Below are positions 28,047 to 50,686 of a DNA stretch of 64,000 bases, piece after piece (within the stretch, counting starts at the first letter, position 1; each line of letters opens with the position of its first letter). The translations under genes were made by a program, and so were the position numbers. The notes under the pieces were generated by a model that was not told the origin of the DNA, did no database searches, and saw nothing but the letters and a program-made list of their open reading frames with translations. The stretch comes from Chrysomallon squamiferum (taxonomy: Eukaryota > Animalia > Mollusca): NCBI GenBank assembly GCA_012295275.1, contig CM022670.1, forward strand, positions 18,662,001-18,726,000, written 5' to 3'.

Positions 28047-31000
28047 TCAAACATCCTCATCATCTCGCTTTCTCATACTTCGAACACTGGCTCCCAGTTT
28101 CCTTTTTTTAAATGCAACAGGAGCACTGTCTTTGTTACCAAGAGAAACAACCTTCTTCTCTTTAAATTTCACTTTAGGTTCAGAAGGTTCTAGATCTGGA
28201 AATGGAATCTCATTATTTTCAGGTGCATGAGCTGGTTCAGGCAGTTCTAGGTCAACATACTCACTAAAAATATGAAAATAAAAAATATTTTTTAACCTTT
28301 TTGTAAAATGTAGGAGTTCATTCCTGTATTCTCTGATTGTGAACAGATTTCAAAACTGGGATGTGTGTTAATAAACCTTTTAAGAACTTTTTTTTCATAA
28401 TCATTAAACAACAAACCCCAATAAAATATTTTAAATTTTCTGTTTCATTTTAACCACACAGTTATTTAAACTTTAAATGTACCATTTTTGAATTTACCTA
28501 TCATACACCAATAGCAACATTAAATATTACTGCTTATGGTATGTTATCAATGAATGATGGTATAAAAATAAATGTGGCTAACGTACGGTTCCTCCTCTGT
28601 AACAGCTTCCCATGATCCATAAGATGCACGGGCCCATCTTGGATCTTCTCTTGGTTTTTCTGGTTCCTTTGGTTTTGTATCTGTCACAACTGGAGCAGGG
28701 ACTGTTTCACTAGGAAGAGGTATATCACTCACACTCAGAATTGTGTCTGGTATGGGGGCTTTGTCTGGTATGGGGGATGCGTCTGGTATGGGAATTGTGT
28801 CTGGTATGGGGGCTGTGTCTGGTAGATTTTCTTTCTGATCTTTTGATTCCAAAGTTTTCTAGTGGTGAAAATGAGAAAAAAAAAAATTAGATCTTGAACC
28901 ATTACCAAAAAACAATATAATAACATTTTATTTCATGCATTAATAAAAAAAAAAAAAAAAAAAATTCTTAATGTATTTTGCAATAATATTCAAATATTTT
29001 AAGCTTTAATGAAATGAATATAAATCCAATAACATTTCTTGAGAAAAAGTATTTTGAAACATATTTACCAAACTAAATAATGCATTACCAAGTTTTAGTT
29101 GTAATTTTTCTTATTTGTTGTTGCTTCTTTATTTATTTATTTATTATGTAGTAATTGTCCTAGGATTTTAGTAAGGAATAAACTGGTAACAGATTCTTTA
29201 AAAACTGGTAACAAAAAGATTTTAATTCACTGAATTATATTGGTAGTCCTTTCTTTATTATTATTTATTTATTGATTCATAATTTATTTATTTTTCATTA
29301 ACAATATCAAAAGTAAAACAACTCTTATAATAAGCTGGAAGAGTAAATATGTTAATCAACCCATTAGCATGATAATGGAGAAATACCAAATTAGTCTTTG
29401 TTTTGATAACTATAAATAATGGATCTACCGAATCTGCAGAGCTGACTTGTTGTGTTGTTGTCATCTCTTGTTCAGATAAAGAGATGTAATTAGCAGGAGG
29501 CTCCCACACTGAGGCTGCAAATAAGAAAATAATGACATTACAGTAATTAGAGTTAAAAATTACACAGAAAAAAAATATCCTTCTAAAAGTAAAAATGGTA
29601 AACAAAGGAAAATAAATTAGCAAATAATCGGTGTACCGCTGATGTACAAGGCAGATTTTATAAGATTTGTTTACACTTTCTCTTGATATCTGAATTTCAT
29701 CACAGACAATTTTTTACTCTGCATTTGTCAGACTTAATTAAAAACTGGTAATTCATAATACAATAAACACATAAATGATGATAACTGTTTATGAGGCATC
29801 TGTCTCAAAATTTTATCAGCAGCAACATTATTCAAACATGTATGGAAACTCTTTTCAATACTTTTTCTGTTTACATGAGGTACTGTTCAAATCTGCACAT
29901 TTATATAGCAGTGTTTGTAGAATTATAATAATATTTTAATCTCTCTATACCTCCAGTTACACAACTCCAGTAATATGTGTAGCCTTCTGGTGATTTGGCT
30001 TCATACCATTCCCTGACATTCTGGTCTGCACTGACCAAGTCATCATTTGTTACTTTTTCTTCAGTTGTCTCTTCTTCAAGAGGTTTTGATTTCTTCTCTT
30101 TTGACTCTTCTTTTTCTAAAAACAAAAATTATAATAATAAAATAAGCTTAACAATATTAAACAGAAAATAAATAATAATAAGAATTATTATTTTTTTTTT
30201 TTTTTTAGCTTTTTTAAATAAATAAGCTAATAATTAAATTAATTCTGTTGTGAAGGTATATGGTGACTTTATGACAACAAATCCTCTCGAACTAATCTTT
30301 GAACACATCAGAGTCAGTATTAGCAGAAAATCCATTCATATGTATTAAAAAAGACATGCTTGAAACTTCAGTAAATGAAAGCATATTTCAAACAGTAGAT
30401 TGCTATCTGTTTGATTTTCTTATGACAGACATTTTCCCTACACTTTGATCATATCACAAACTCAATATTTTAATTTTACCTCTTACAGCCTTTAACTTTG
30501 CAGCATACCCAGCAGCTAGTTCGGGATTGTCTGCTAAATCCTTCCTGAAAGCTTCTAAAGCTGCCTATAAATTAAAGCACCAAACATTAATAACATAGTA
30601 ATCTTTACAAAATTTACATAAATGAAGAAATCTTAAATAAAGAAAAAAATTTAAAACAAACTCTTGAACCAAGCACATTAATATATTTCAGTGAAAAATC
30701 AACAACAAATTATGAATCTTTTCAGAAGTAATTACATTATTTGAAAAACAGCTATATCAAATTGTTTTATAAACACCAGAATGGAGCAAAAATATTTGAG
30801 AGTTCAGTAAATGAAATATGTAATTAGCATAGTTGACTGATGTCAGTTTAGGAAATGTCTTTGATACCATAACTGCGACAAATCTTAGAGTAAAAAAAAA
30901 GAAGATATAACTTATAACTGTAGATACAAATATTTCTATTTTAAACGTCAGTAAGACATACATAATATATACTCATACATCCCTACAAATGTGTCTGTAT

Positions 31001-32609
31001 GAGTATACATTTACAGTGGTACCTTGACTTATGAATTTAATTCATTCCATGACTGAGCTTCTAATTCAATTTGCTCATATATCAAATGAGTTTTTCCAAA
31101 TGAAATTAACTGAAATACCATTAATCCATTCCAACCCCCAAAACCATCCCAGGTTTTTGTAACATGTTCTTAAATAAGAAAAATGTATGTATAAAGGACA
31201 AATATTGTATAAAAAAAACAAAATAAAAGAGAATGTAAAGAAATAAATTGTTTTGTAAAGTGTACAGGGTTAGGGTTCCTCTATCTTTTCATGGACAGAG
31301 GTCCACAGCTTAGAAATTATTTTAATGCCTTTGGCTGGAGATATAGCCTTTATCGACTCCTTCTGCTTCAGTATGGTACATAGAGTAAAAGTACTACGCT
31401 CAAACTGCCTAGCCATGTTGACTACACACACACCTCACTCATGATTTTCTATGATTTCATGCTTTAATTCAATGGACATCATCCGCTTCTTCTTCTCAGC
31501 ACTGTCCTTTGCACTCACTTTCTTAGGATCCATGGAAATTAGGCAAAATACTGCACAAAATGCGAGCACAACAACACTGAGATGTTTCCACAGTGAGATA
31601 ACCATGTGAAGCATATATATATATATATATGTGTGTATATGTGTGGATGTGTGCATGTGAGTATCTACATACATAAATATATAGACACACATAATATTGA
31701 TAGATAGTAAACAGTGTGTAACACCTTTTTCTGAAAATATTTATCCATGTGCAAAACATTCCAGATTATTAAATAATTTAGCATTTCGCTATCATCTTGT
31801 GTTGTCATATTAAGACATACTAAGACACTTTTACAGACAGAAGTATACCTTTTCCATTTTCCTTATATCACTATCCATTTCTTCCTCTTTCTTAGCTTTC
31901 TCCAAACTTTTTTTCTTAACCTGAAACAAAATTAACATTTTATTTAGTAAAATAACAAGATAAAAAGTCTTTATAATTTAACAGTATGAAAATGGTGATT
32001 AAAAATAATAGTTATAAACTGATTATGACAATTATGTATAAACTTACATCGTCAATTTTTTTCTTGACATTTTCTTGATGTCTTTTTCCTCTTTCATGAA
32101 AGTCTACACTCTGAAAGCAAAATATATATTCATTATAATTACTTTATTATCAAATGCATACAATATATATTTTGCCATTACAAAATTATGAAGCATGTGA
32201 ATCATAAACTATAAACAAAAATAATAATTCTTTAATTCTAAAATCAAATTAAGTATGTTTATATTTTTTTTTTTTTTTTTTTTTTTTGCCTATATCATTA
32301 TCATAAATAAAATTACAAAAAAAAAAAAAAAATGTATACATAATATTTATTAAAATTTTTATATTATAATTATTACAGGAACCCAAAAAATTCATGTCGA
32401 GTGAATCTGAAACATAATACTTAGTAATAATACTTGTATGAACAAAACACTTTTCATGTAATCAGAAAAAGAAAAGTTTTATTAAATGTTTGTCTAATTT
32501 TTTTCAAATAAAAAAAATTGAAGTTTCAACCTACTGGCTTGTTGTCTGTTATCCAGCATTTGCAGAAATCGCAGAATTTCCGTGGAACTGATTTCCAATA
32601 TTCTGACAT
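28047..32609 (-). CDS. WBP4: WW domain-binding protein 4 (FBP21) homologue: matrin/U1-type zinc finger + WW domain, 8 coding exons
   Basis: Minus-strand exons 32609-32535, 32110-32048, 31920-31849, 30564-30480, 30115-29951, 29514-29429, 28858-28587, 28263-28047. N-terminus MSEYWKSVPRKFCDFCKCWITDNKPSVDFHERGKRHQENV is the WBP4 zinc finger. WW domain EWYEAKSPEGYTYYWSCVTGASVWEPP. C-terminal YGSWEAV..EYVDLELP..KFKEKKV..VAFKKRK motifs. Confidence 0.93.
31014..31612 (-). mobile_element. Tigger (pogo family) DNA transposon, internally deleted relic in WBP4 intron 3
   Basis: TA|CAGTGGTACCTTGACTTATGA Tigger-type terminus at 31012-31034. Minus-strand peptide from 31533, MDPKKVSAKDSAEKKKRMMSIELKHEIIENHE*GVCVVNMARQFERSTFTLCTILKQKESIKAISPAKGIKIISKL, is a CENP-B/psq-type HTH N-terminus with an in-frame stop. 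The other end is not visible (TA microsatellite). Confidence 0.8.
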
Positions 32610-33289
32610 ACTGAAAGTAACTGAAAGTAACAAAAGTGATTTAATCATTTATCTATTATTTAAGGATTAAAGATAAGAAAAGTATGATGAATGATAAAGT
32701 TGTAGATGTCTAGCTTTCAAGATCAATGCTCACTGATGTATCAAAGATCAAGCCTTCCACTATTTATTAATCAATAAGTGTAAACTGCATTACTGCAGTA
32801 GAAGTTTTTTCGGTTGATGCATGGTATAATTATTACATCATGATAATCACAAAGACAATTTATTAATCATTACGTTAATGATTAACAGATTAAAAACAAA
32901 AGAATAGAATATTCACCTCTTCAAAGGTATTTTATTTAGCCGGTATAAACATAATTAATTATGTTTATACCGACTGACATGTCACGAATGCAAATAAAAC
33001 GAAAAAGTATCTCTCAAGAGTTTTATCTTAGCATCATCTGAGCCATCATCTCAGACTTACAATTAATGATGGTTATTAAATTTGTGTTATTATTCATTTT
33101 ATTGCAAAGAATAATTATTAATAATGGTATTTTAATTATGAACAAGCCTTCAGTATATTAGTCTATTACGCATTTACATTCGCAATGTGACATTCTAATT
33201 ATCATAATGAAAAGACATTAATTTTAGCTGCAACTTACATGGAATAAAAATAAATATATAATAATACTATCAGTTTCAGAGCTTGCATT

Positions 33290-33545
33290 CACCCGGAAGT
33301 TTATAAAGTTGTCGTTCTTTCATGGGTTATAAAATATTATAATAATCGTTCTGATTGGATAGCTTGTTTAGCCTTGTTTTTTTATCCTTCATCCATTTGT
33401 GAGAGGTTTTACATTATTCTAAAGTAGGTCAGTAGACGTTTCCATTGGTTTGTGAACGAATGTCAGGTTTCCAGCAATGCTGAAAATATCAACCAATAGA
33501 AAAATGTTTTCATCTTTATGCACGAGATAACAGCGCATGCTCAGT
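33290..33545. promoter_or_regulatory. Putative bidirectional promoter of WBP4 and MBTD1
   Basis: Head-to-head start codons ~1.06 kb apart. ETS-type CCGGAAGT 33293-33300, CCAAT boxes in both orientations (33354, 33444, 33493) and NRF1-like GCGCATGCTC at ~33533. Confidence 0.6.
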
Positions 33546-33672
33546 TAGCTGCTGTGTTTCGGTTATTTCCTTAAAATCTGGGCACTAGCATTGTAGTATT
33601 CGTAATGTCAAAATACTGATACAAAACTCACCAAAAATTATGAATGTTTGAATACGAAAAAGGTGGCATCTA

Positions 33673-43572
<9,900 letters not shown>

Positions 43573-46500
43573 ACAGGATGTTTGGGTAAAGCTAATATTG
43601 ACCTACTTATTCATAATAAAAATATATACATTTTATTAAGGATTTCTTATTAAATAACAAATCATAGGGTGGTACTGACTGAATAATTCTGTGAGAGCAT
43701 TTAAATCCTTTTTATTTTATGGTTTTATACGTTCTAACTAGTTACAATATCTGTCAAGAAGCATAACAACTTGTAGCTTAATAAAACTGGTTAAATGTGA
43801 GGTCTTGGTAAATTTGAACCTTAAGGGTGTCATAAGTTGAAACATAATTCTGTTGTCTTAAGATTCAATTTAAACTAATATTCTAATAAGAGAGATTGTC
43901 ATTAGTTTTTATTTATCAGTTAAATGCTTTTCAGTGTATAGCTTAACCATTCTTTGCAGTAACAATCATGGATTCTGATAGCATATTAAAGACTATTTAA
44001 GGATTATAATATGTCTTTTTTTTTTTTTTTTTTAAAGAAAACATTTAAATTTTACAATTCTCAAAAATATATGATAGTAGATGCTGTAAATCAATACATC
44101 AATAATAACATTTTTATTCATTGCAGGTTATGGATTCTCACAGCAATGATGCATTTTACACAGTCCCTCTATTTGGTTTCATATCTTGGAACTTGTCCTC
44201 CGAGTTTAAATAAACAGACGACTTTAGAAATTCAATGGCTGCCATATGATAGTGGTCTAGTTTTTTTTATGTGCAGTAACAAATTGAGGTTACAAAAACT
44301 GCTTATTATGAAATTACCCCAGGATGAAATCTCTCTGTGACTGACTAAAGGAAAACCCAGTTTCAGTATTCATTAGTATATTTATTAAAAAAAACTTTTT
44401 ATCCCTGTGTTCAGCAACAGTGTAACAAAAATAATAATTATCAACAAAGAATTTTTGCATACAGCTGGAGAGAAAAAACAAAGAACATTTTTAATCTCAG
44501 TTAGTCACAAATGTGTATCTTAAGTTTTATTAACTGTATAAATATTAATTATAATTTTACATATATATATATATGAAAATTTTATTAAACTGAAGAAAAC
44601 TTTAACGAGTTAAATGTTAAAAATGTGAAATGATATTATCATTGTAAATTTGATAAGCAGTTAGATGTACTTTCTTGTTTGGTAGAACGTTATTTATTTG
44701 AAATGTTTGTGGGGTTTTTTTTGGATGTGGGGTTATGAAGAGTGAGAATGTCACTTTAAAACCAGCAACTGTATGTAAAAAGAAAAAAGTATGGCAATGT
44801 ATTGTACATTTTTTTTTTTTAATTTTTGTCATCATCCATAGTGCTGTTTTTGTACTTTGTACATTTGTTAACATAATTTTATATACAGAACACTGAATTC
44901 TGTTTTTCTTTTATTTGTGAATACATTTCCCACATTGCTGCATTTAATTAGGTGCTATTGTATTAAAATGGTGCCAAGATGTTACTGTGTCATCAGTTCT
45001 AATTTTTGAAGACCACAATTTACCTTCCTAATAATTATGCTCTCTCCAGAATATAAAGCCTAAATTCTTGTGCCTTTCAAAAAAAATGTCAGATATTAGG
45101 AAACACAGTGCAACCCATCTGCTGAAAATCTATTTTTGGTTTTGTGCTGGATACCAAGAAATACTTTATCACCTTTTTAAAAAAATAAATCATTTTCTTT
45201 GAGAACTAGCATTTTGTTTTTAAAATGAAAATTGTATACATCACAATTACAAAATTAGAACCCATCAGATGCTTAAAAGTTTTAACACAATATTTGGAAG
45301 AAAATAGTCTGATTTTCAGACAACCATCTCAAAATTTCAGAATTAGAGTAACAAATTATATCATTGCATACTATATTTTGATTATACAAAACGAGTTCAC
45401 TGATAATTCAATAAAAACAATTGACTAAATATTAGTGGAATTTTTCTTCCATATGGAAATGTTAAAATATGCAATAAGAAAACAACAATCTTAATTTTCT
45501 GATAAGTTTTATTTCAACCACTGATGGCTGCATTCAACAAAATTAATTTTTCACAAAGAAAAAAGTTCAATTTCTAAATTACATCTGACTTGTATTTAAA
45601 GTCATTCTTCAATTTTTAAAAATAGAATTTTCTCTTAATGATACCGATGTTGCAAGCAAACACTGGCAACAAAGCAACTATAAAATTCTGACTGAAATTC
45701 TAAATTAAATAAAATCTTTTTGAAAATGCTATAAAAAGAAACTAATGTATTAATTTGAAAGTAGTTTATTTAGTAAGGAAAAATAACATTTAAATATGTT
45801 TGAACTGAATTCTGAGGATTACAATATATACCAAATAATGCATGAGTCAGCATTAACATAAGAACTGTCTTGTTTTTACAATTACATGAGAATAGTGACA
45901 TATAGAAATAGACAAAACAAATACATAAGATATTTTCCCCTCAAATCTTTATGCACCTACATTAATGTGGTCTATTTCAACATAAATATGAATACAGTAT
46001 GTTACTTTGTAATCTTAACTGTTTAATAAAACAGCAATCTAAATATTCAAAGTGTGACCAATATTAATCAGATAAAACGCATTCCTCTATCGTCGTGATT
46101 TTGTGGTTTAATAATATTTGTCTGAAAATACAATTTAAAAACTTATAATAAATATGAAAAAAGTTTGAAGTTCTTATATTTAAGTTTTTAACTCTTTTTG
46201 ATGTCAAAATTCTAAATACTACAAGTAATTTTCCCTTTCATACCAATAGAAATGAATTTTGTTTTGTTGTTTTTGTTTTAGACAGCAGATTTTTTAACGT
46301 AAAATTAAAACTTAAATTTAAAGATATTCATGGCTTAGCACACAGTTACAAAACAAAAGGCATCAAACTTAATGAACATATGGAAACTCTGCCATATGAA
46401 AGGAAAAATGACAATTTCCCACATACAACATAAAGGTCAATGATTCAATATCTACACAATGTACAAAATAATAGACATTAAAATGATCCAATGTATGTAA

Positions 46501-46632
46501 AATGAATGATTGGATGAATGGTAGATGAGAAGGGGCAACTGAGAGTGAGTTCTTGTACCATGGAGCTTCTCATTTCTGCTAGGTTGGCCCTCTTTCACAA
46601 GTGACATTCACATGACCAGCACAGCTAAACTT

Positions 46633-49070
46633 TTAAAACCAACCACCTGTCTGTTGTTGAAATACATCAATAGAATCATCATTTTCCATTTCAAGCTGAG
46701 AATAGAAAAGTTAGACACTATATTTTATAGTGTGTATGCAGAAACAAATTAAGTATCAAAATAATTCATCCAAAATTATAACTGGTCAGGTGTCTGGAGA
46801 GACGAATTTGTTTCAGATTTTGTACAGCTTTAACATTGTGATTATTGTTCATTTCTGGAAATTTAACACAAGTTATAGTATTAAATGCAACTTACAACTC
46901 CTGGTGTGTCATCTTCATTAATGGGACTGCCATCAAACCGGAATCGTACTGCAGAAAGTGAAATTCCCTAAAAAAAAATTAAAATAATACTAGAAATGTT
47001 TTCCTTTAAAAAGGTCTTTACCACTGATCAGTTAAAAATAAAATTGAAAATCTTAAAATAAGAAAATACATACAGATCTTTCACAGTAAGCTGACATTAA
47101 CTTTCGAAGTGGTGTGCTCCTTTTTATCTTGAAATGAACCACACTTCCATCCTGACCAGTCACTTTTAAATTGATGTGTTGATTAGACTCGGATTTCACA
47201 TCATCCACCTAAAACAAAACAAAATTAGAAGTGATTACCTTAAGGAGAATATAATGAAACAGATACAGTCATCAGAAGACAAATAGTATTTACATTTTGT
47301 GTAATGTTTCATGAATAAAAATGATACATGTAACAGTAAATTTTAAAATGTCTCACAAAACAGATCTTCATTAACACAAAATACTGGTAATAATGAGATT
47401 ATTAACCTGTGTCAAATAAATTACTTGCATACATTTTTGTAACTGTGGAACACAGTTGACAGATAGCTGTTAGACATAAGACGAACTGCAAAATCAAGTA
47501 GTTTTATTTAATCCTTTTGAAATATTTGGCACCATTAAGTGCTCTTATCCATTTAAATTATGTTGTTGAACTTTAAAAATATAAGAACAAGTAACGATTC
47601 TGAAAAAGTTAAAACAATTCTAAACAATTTTAAAATCCTTCTTTATTTAAGTTTCACTCATAGTCTTAGTAATATTTGATTTTCATATATTGTTTGACAG
47701 CTGACAAAGAGCATCTAACCTGAAAACCAATATTCAAAGAAATAAATATTAACACTACTATTTATTAATCTCTAAACAGCAATGCATTATCATGGCAAGA
47801 ATTAGAGTGACATGAATATTTAAAACTTTAAACACACAACATGCTAAATAAACCCAATTCAAATGAGACCTCAAGTCTGGCTGAATACAGTTCAACTGTG
47901 TATTATTAATGTGGAGCTAGATACAATTCTTAAAATCATTATTATTTTTGGATTAGCAAACCAGCACCAGCCATTAGATATTTAAATACCAATTTTAAAC
48001 TGAAGATTACTACATTAATTTCCCCTATCTGATCCAACTATCAAATATTTGTATATAAAGTTGAACCATTTTATGATTTGTAACATTTGATAATTCAGAG
48101 CATAATTTAACACAGAATGAAGTTTACGGACATCAACATTTTAATAGTTACAGTTATTACTTATAACACTATGTTAGATGTCACATGAATAAACAGTTGC
48201 CAGTTTAAACTAATCATGGAAGTAACAGATTTTATGTACAACTTCAAACAACAGGTTAAGGTGAAACATGACTGAAACACACATTTCTTAAAGTCTGTTA
48301 TTTTTCACTTTGTACCTAACATACAAATTTCAGTGATAATAAAATTAACAAAATAACAAAACATTTGATGATTTGTGAATGCAAGAAACCAACATTCTTT
48401 TCATTGATCAAGTAGTTTTGTAAATTTATAGAAATGGCAAAATTAAAAAAAAAAAAAAAAAAAAACTCTTGTCCCGATACTAATCAAAAACATATTTCCC
48501 TTGAGCTTTTGTTTTTAATATACAAATAATAATAATAATTTCTGTAAAATTTAGTGGATATTTCTTAGTGTTTTAGTAAGAGTAGCTGCAGTAGCATTTT
48601 TTTTTTTTTTTTTCAGAAACATTTTCAGCGGTAACTGAACGCAGGCTGATAAAATGACCATGAAAATGACCGAGAAAAAAACACTGTTCGATCTGACAAG
48701 ACAGAGAATTTCGAGTTTTATATGATGATGATCCTCTTATATAATAATATATGAAGTAGAACAACAAATCATAGCAAAATGTTCGGTAACATTTTTCCTG
48801 ACAAATATAATCTGAAAGATTACGCCGTATTATCATCTTTTTTTTTCTTCTTCATAATACGAATGGAGAAAAAATAATATTAAAAAATTTAAAAAAATAA
48901 AAATAAAAATAACCAAAAAACAAAGGAAAAGGGTAAAAGCAGAATCGATATTAAAGTATACAATATCATAAAATACAATGAAATCAAACAAAATCCATTA
49001 GTTTCGAAATAGAGAAACTGCAGAAATTAGTTAAGTTAACCTTTTGTTGTCGGCTCTGATCTTCTGACAT
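46633..49070 (-). CDS. SUMO: Small ubiquitin-related modifier, SUMO2/3-like (99 aa precursor), 4 coding exons
   Basis: Minus-strand exons 49070-49041, 47208-47074, 46967-46896, 46695-46633 give [99 protein letters not shown], with the QQQTGG di-glycine end. Confidence 0.96.
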
Positions 49071-49099
49071 TTTTACCGTGTTGAGTGCACGCTTACTTT

Positions 49100-49180
49100 A
49101 CACAAAATGGCGCACCTCTAAAGGAAAGAGGAAAAACAGAAACTGAGCAGGAATGAAAGCTCTGTTCTGATTGGACAACT
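49100..49180 (-). promoter_or_regulatory. Putative SUMO core promoter
   Basis: YY1-like CAAAATGGCG at 49103-49112, just upstream of the ATG (49070), and a CCAAT box (CTGATTGG) at ~49167-49174. Confidence 0.5.
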
Positions 49181-49814
49181 GTTTAACCTTAATAAAATAT
49201 TATTGTGTTCAATAAATATTACATAATATATTTTAGTGTAATATGTTTTTCGAAATTATGATTTATCATAACATTATATAATAAAAATAGAAATAAAGAA
49301 AATGCTATGTCAATGAAAATATTTGTACGTAGTTCATGTTTTTTAATCAATCACAGATGACGTTGTATCTGCTTTGGGGTGGTCCGGCTTACTAACCACA
49401 AAGGTGGCGCGAAAAAGTTCGTGCATAAATTTTGTGTACGTACTTTCATTTCAGTACAAGAGAAAACCATCCATTATTTACAATTTTACATTATACATTC
49501 AGTTTTAGTTAATGACTTTAAACATATATGAGACTAGGCATAAAAATGTTATATTTTATTAACTGGAACTTTTCATTTTAAAACTGTTCTTCTACTTATA
49601 TCAAAATTAAGGAAAGTAAATATGTTCGTGCTTTACATTTTTCATTCGTATAACACGCATTTCCATTGCAAACAGTTGTCAGTTAAACGTAGGTAATGTC
49701 TTGGATGTACGTGTATATGATCTCATTTGTTTATGATTATCTCTAGGTTTTAACTGCTTAATATAAGTAAATAAATAAAAAATAAAAAAATTATATGATT
49801 GACATGAATATAAA

Positions 49815-49848
<34 letters not shown>

Positions 49849-50306
49849 ATTCCAGGAATGAATGAGCAAAATAATACTTGATATTAATATAGTTAAATGT
49901 TTGGCCAAATTTTATAAAATTAACAACATATTAACAGATTAGGTTAAGGGAATTAAGGCATCCATGTTTGTTCGCAGATACAAATTCTCAAATTGCGTTG
50001 TATTTTAAGGATGGTTCTAGAAAAGAAAAAGTGTAACTGGAGAGTATGAAATAAAGATATATTTGATATATTGATATTTTGATTTGTTTTGCTTAGTTTT
50101 ATATTTGAATTATATATCAGGCACGTATGTAGGGGTGGGGTGTGTACCCATTATCAGCCGAGGTCCGTCCGAGGATGTGTAAATAAAATGAATAGACCGA
50201 CGATCTGACATCTACTTCCTAGAATGGAGGAAGGGAAAATGGATTCGGATTTAAAAACATTTCGGGGCAATTTCGAGTAGCCACCTACCATATAATCCTC
50301 CCATGC

Positions 50307-50308
<2 letters not shown>

Positions 50309-50377
<69 letters not shown>
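50309..50377. repeat. (ATT)n microsatellite
   Basis: Direct reading. Confidence 0.9.
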
Positions 50378-50379
<2 letters not shown>

Positions 50380-50494
50380 AGAGAGCAGAGGGGATAATTT
50401 TCCCGAAATTGTTCACAGGTAGAAACACAAGTACCAGTTTCTTATAAAAGGTATTTTTACAATTCGACAACACATAGCCCAAATCAAACAATTT

Positions 50495-50532
<38 letters not shown>

Positions 50533-50686
50533 CTATATATATATATATATGAATATATAAATGCGCTTTTCAATTAAATAAAACGTATTTTGTATATTTA
50601 ACTATTGAAAACAAGATTAAGTCCTGCTTACGTATTCATTATAAATATAATTAATGAACAAATACTCTTTATTTAGTGAAGACGTA

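Noticed and set aside
50119-50308. GC-richer patch starting CAGGCACGTA, possible MITE (similar starts at ~6927, ~12631, ~52410)
   Set aside because: No convincing matching inverted end or TSD could be shown.
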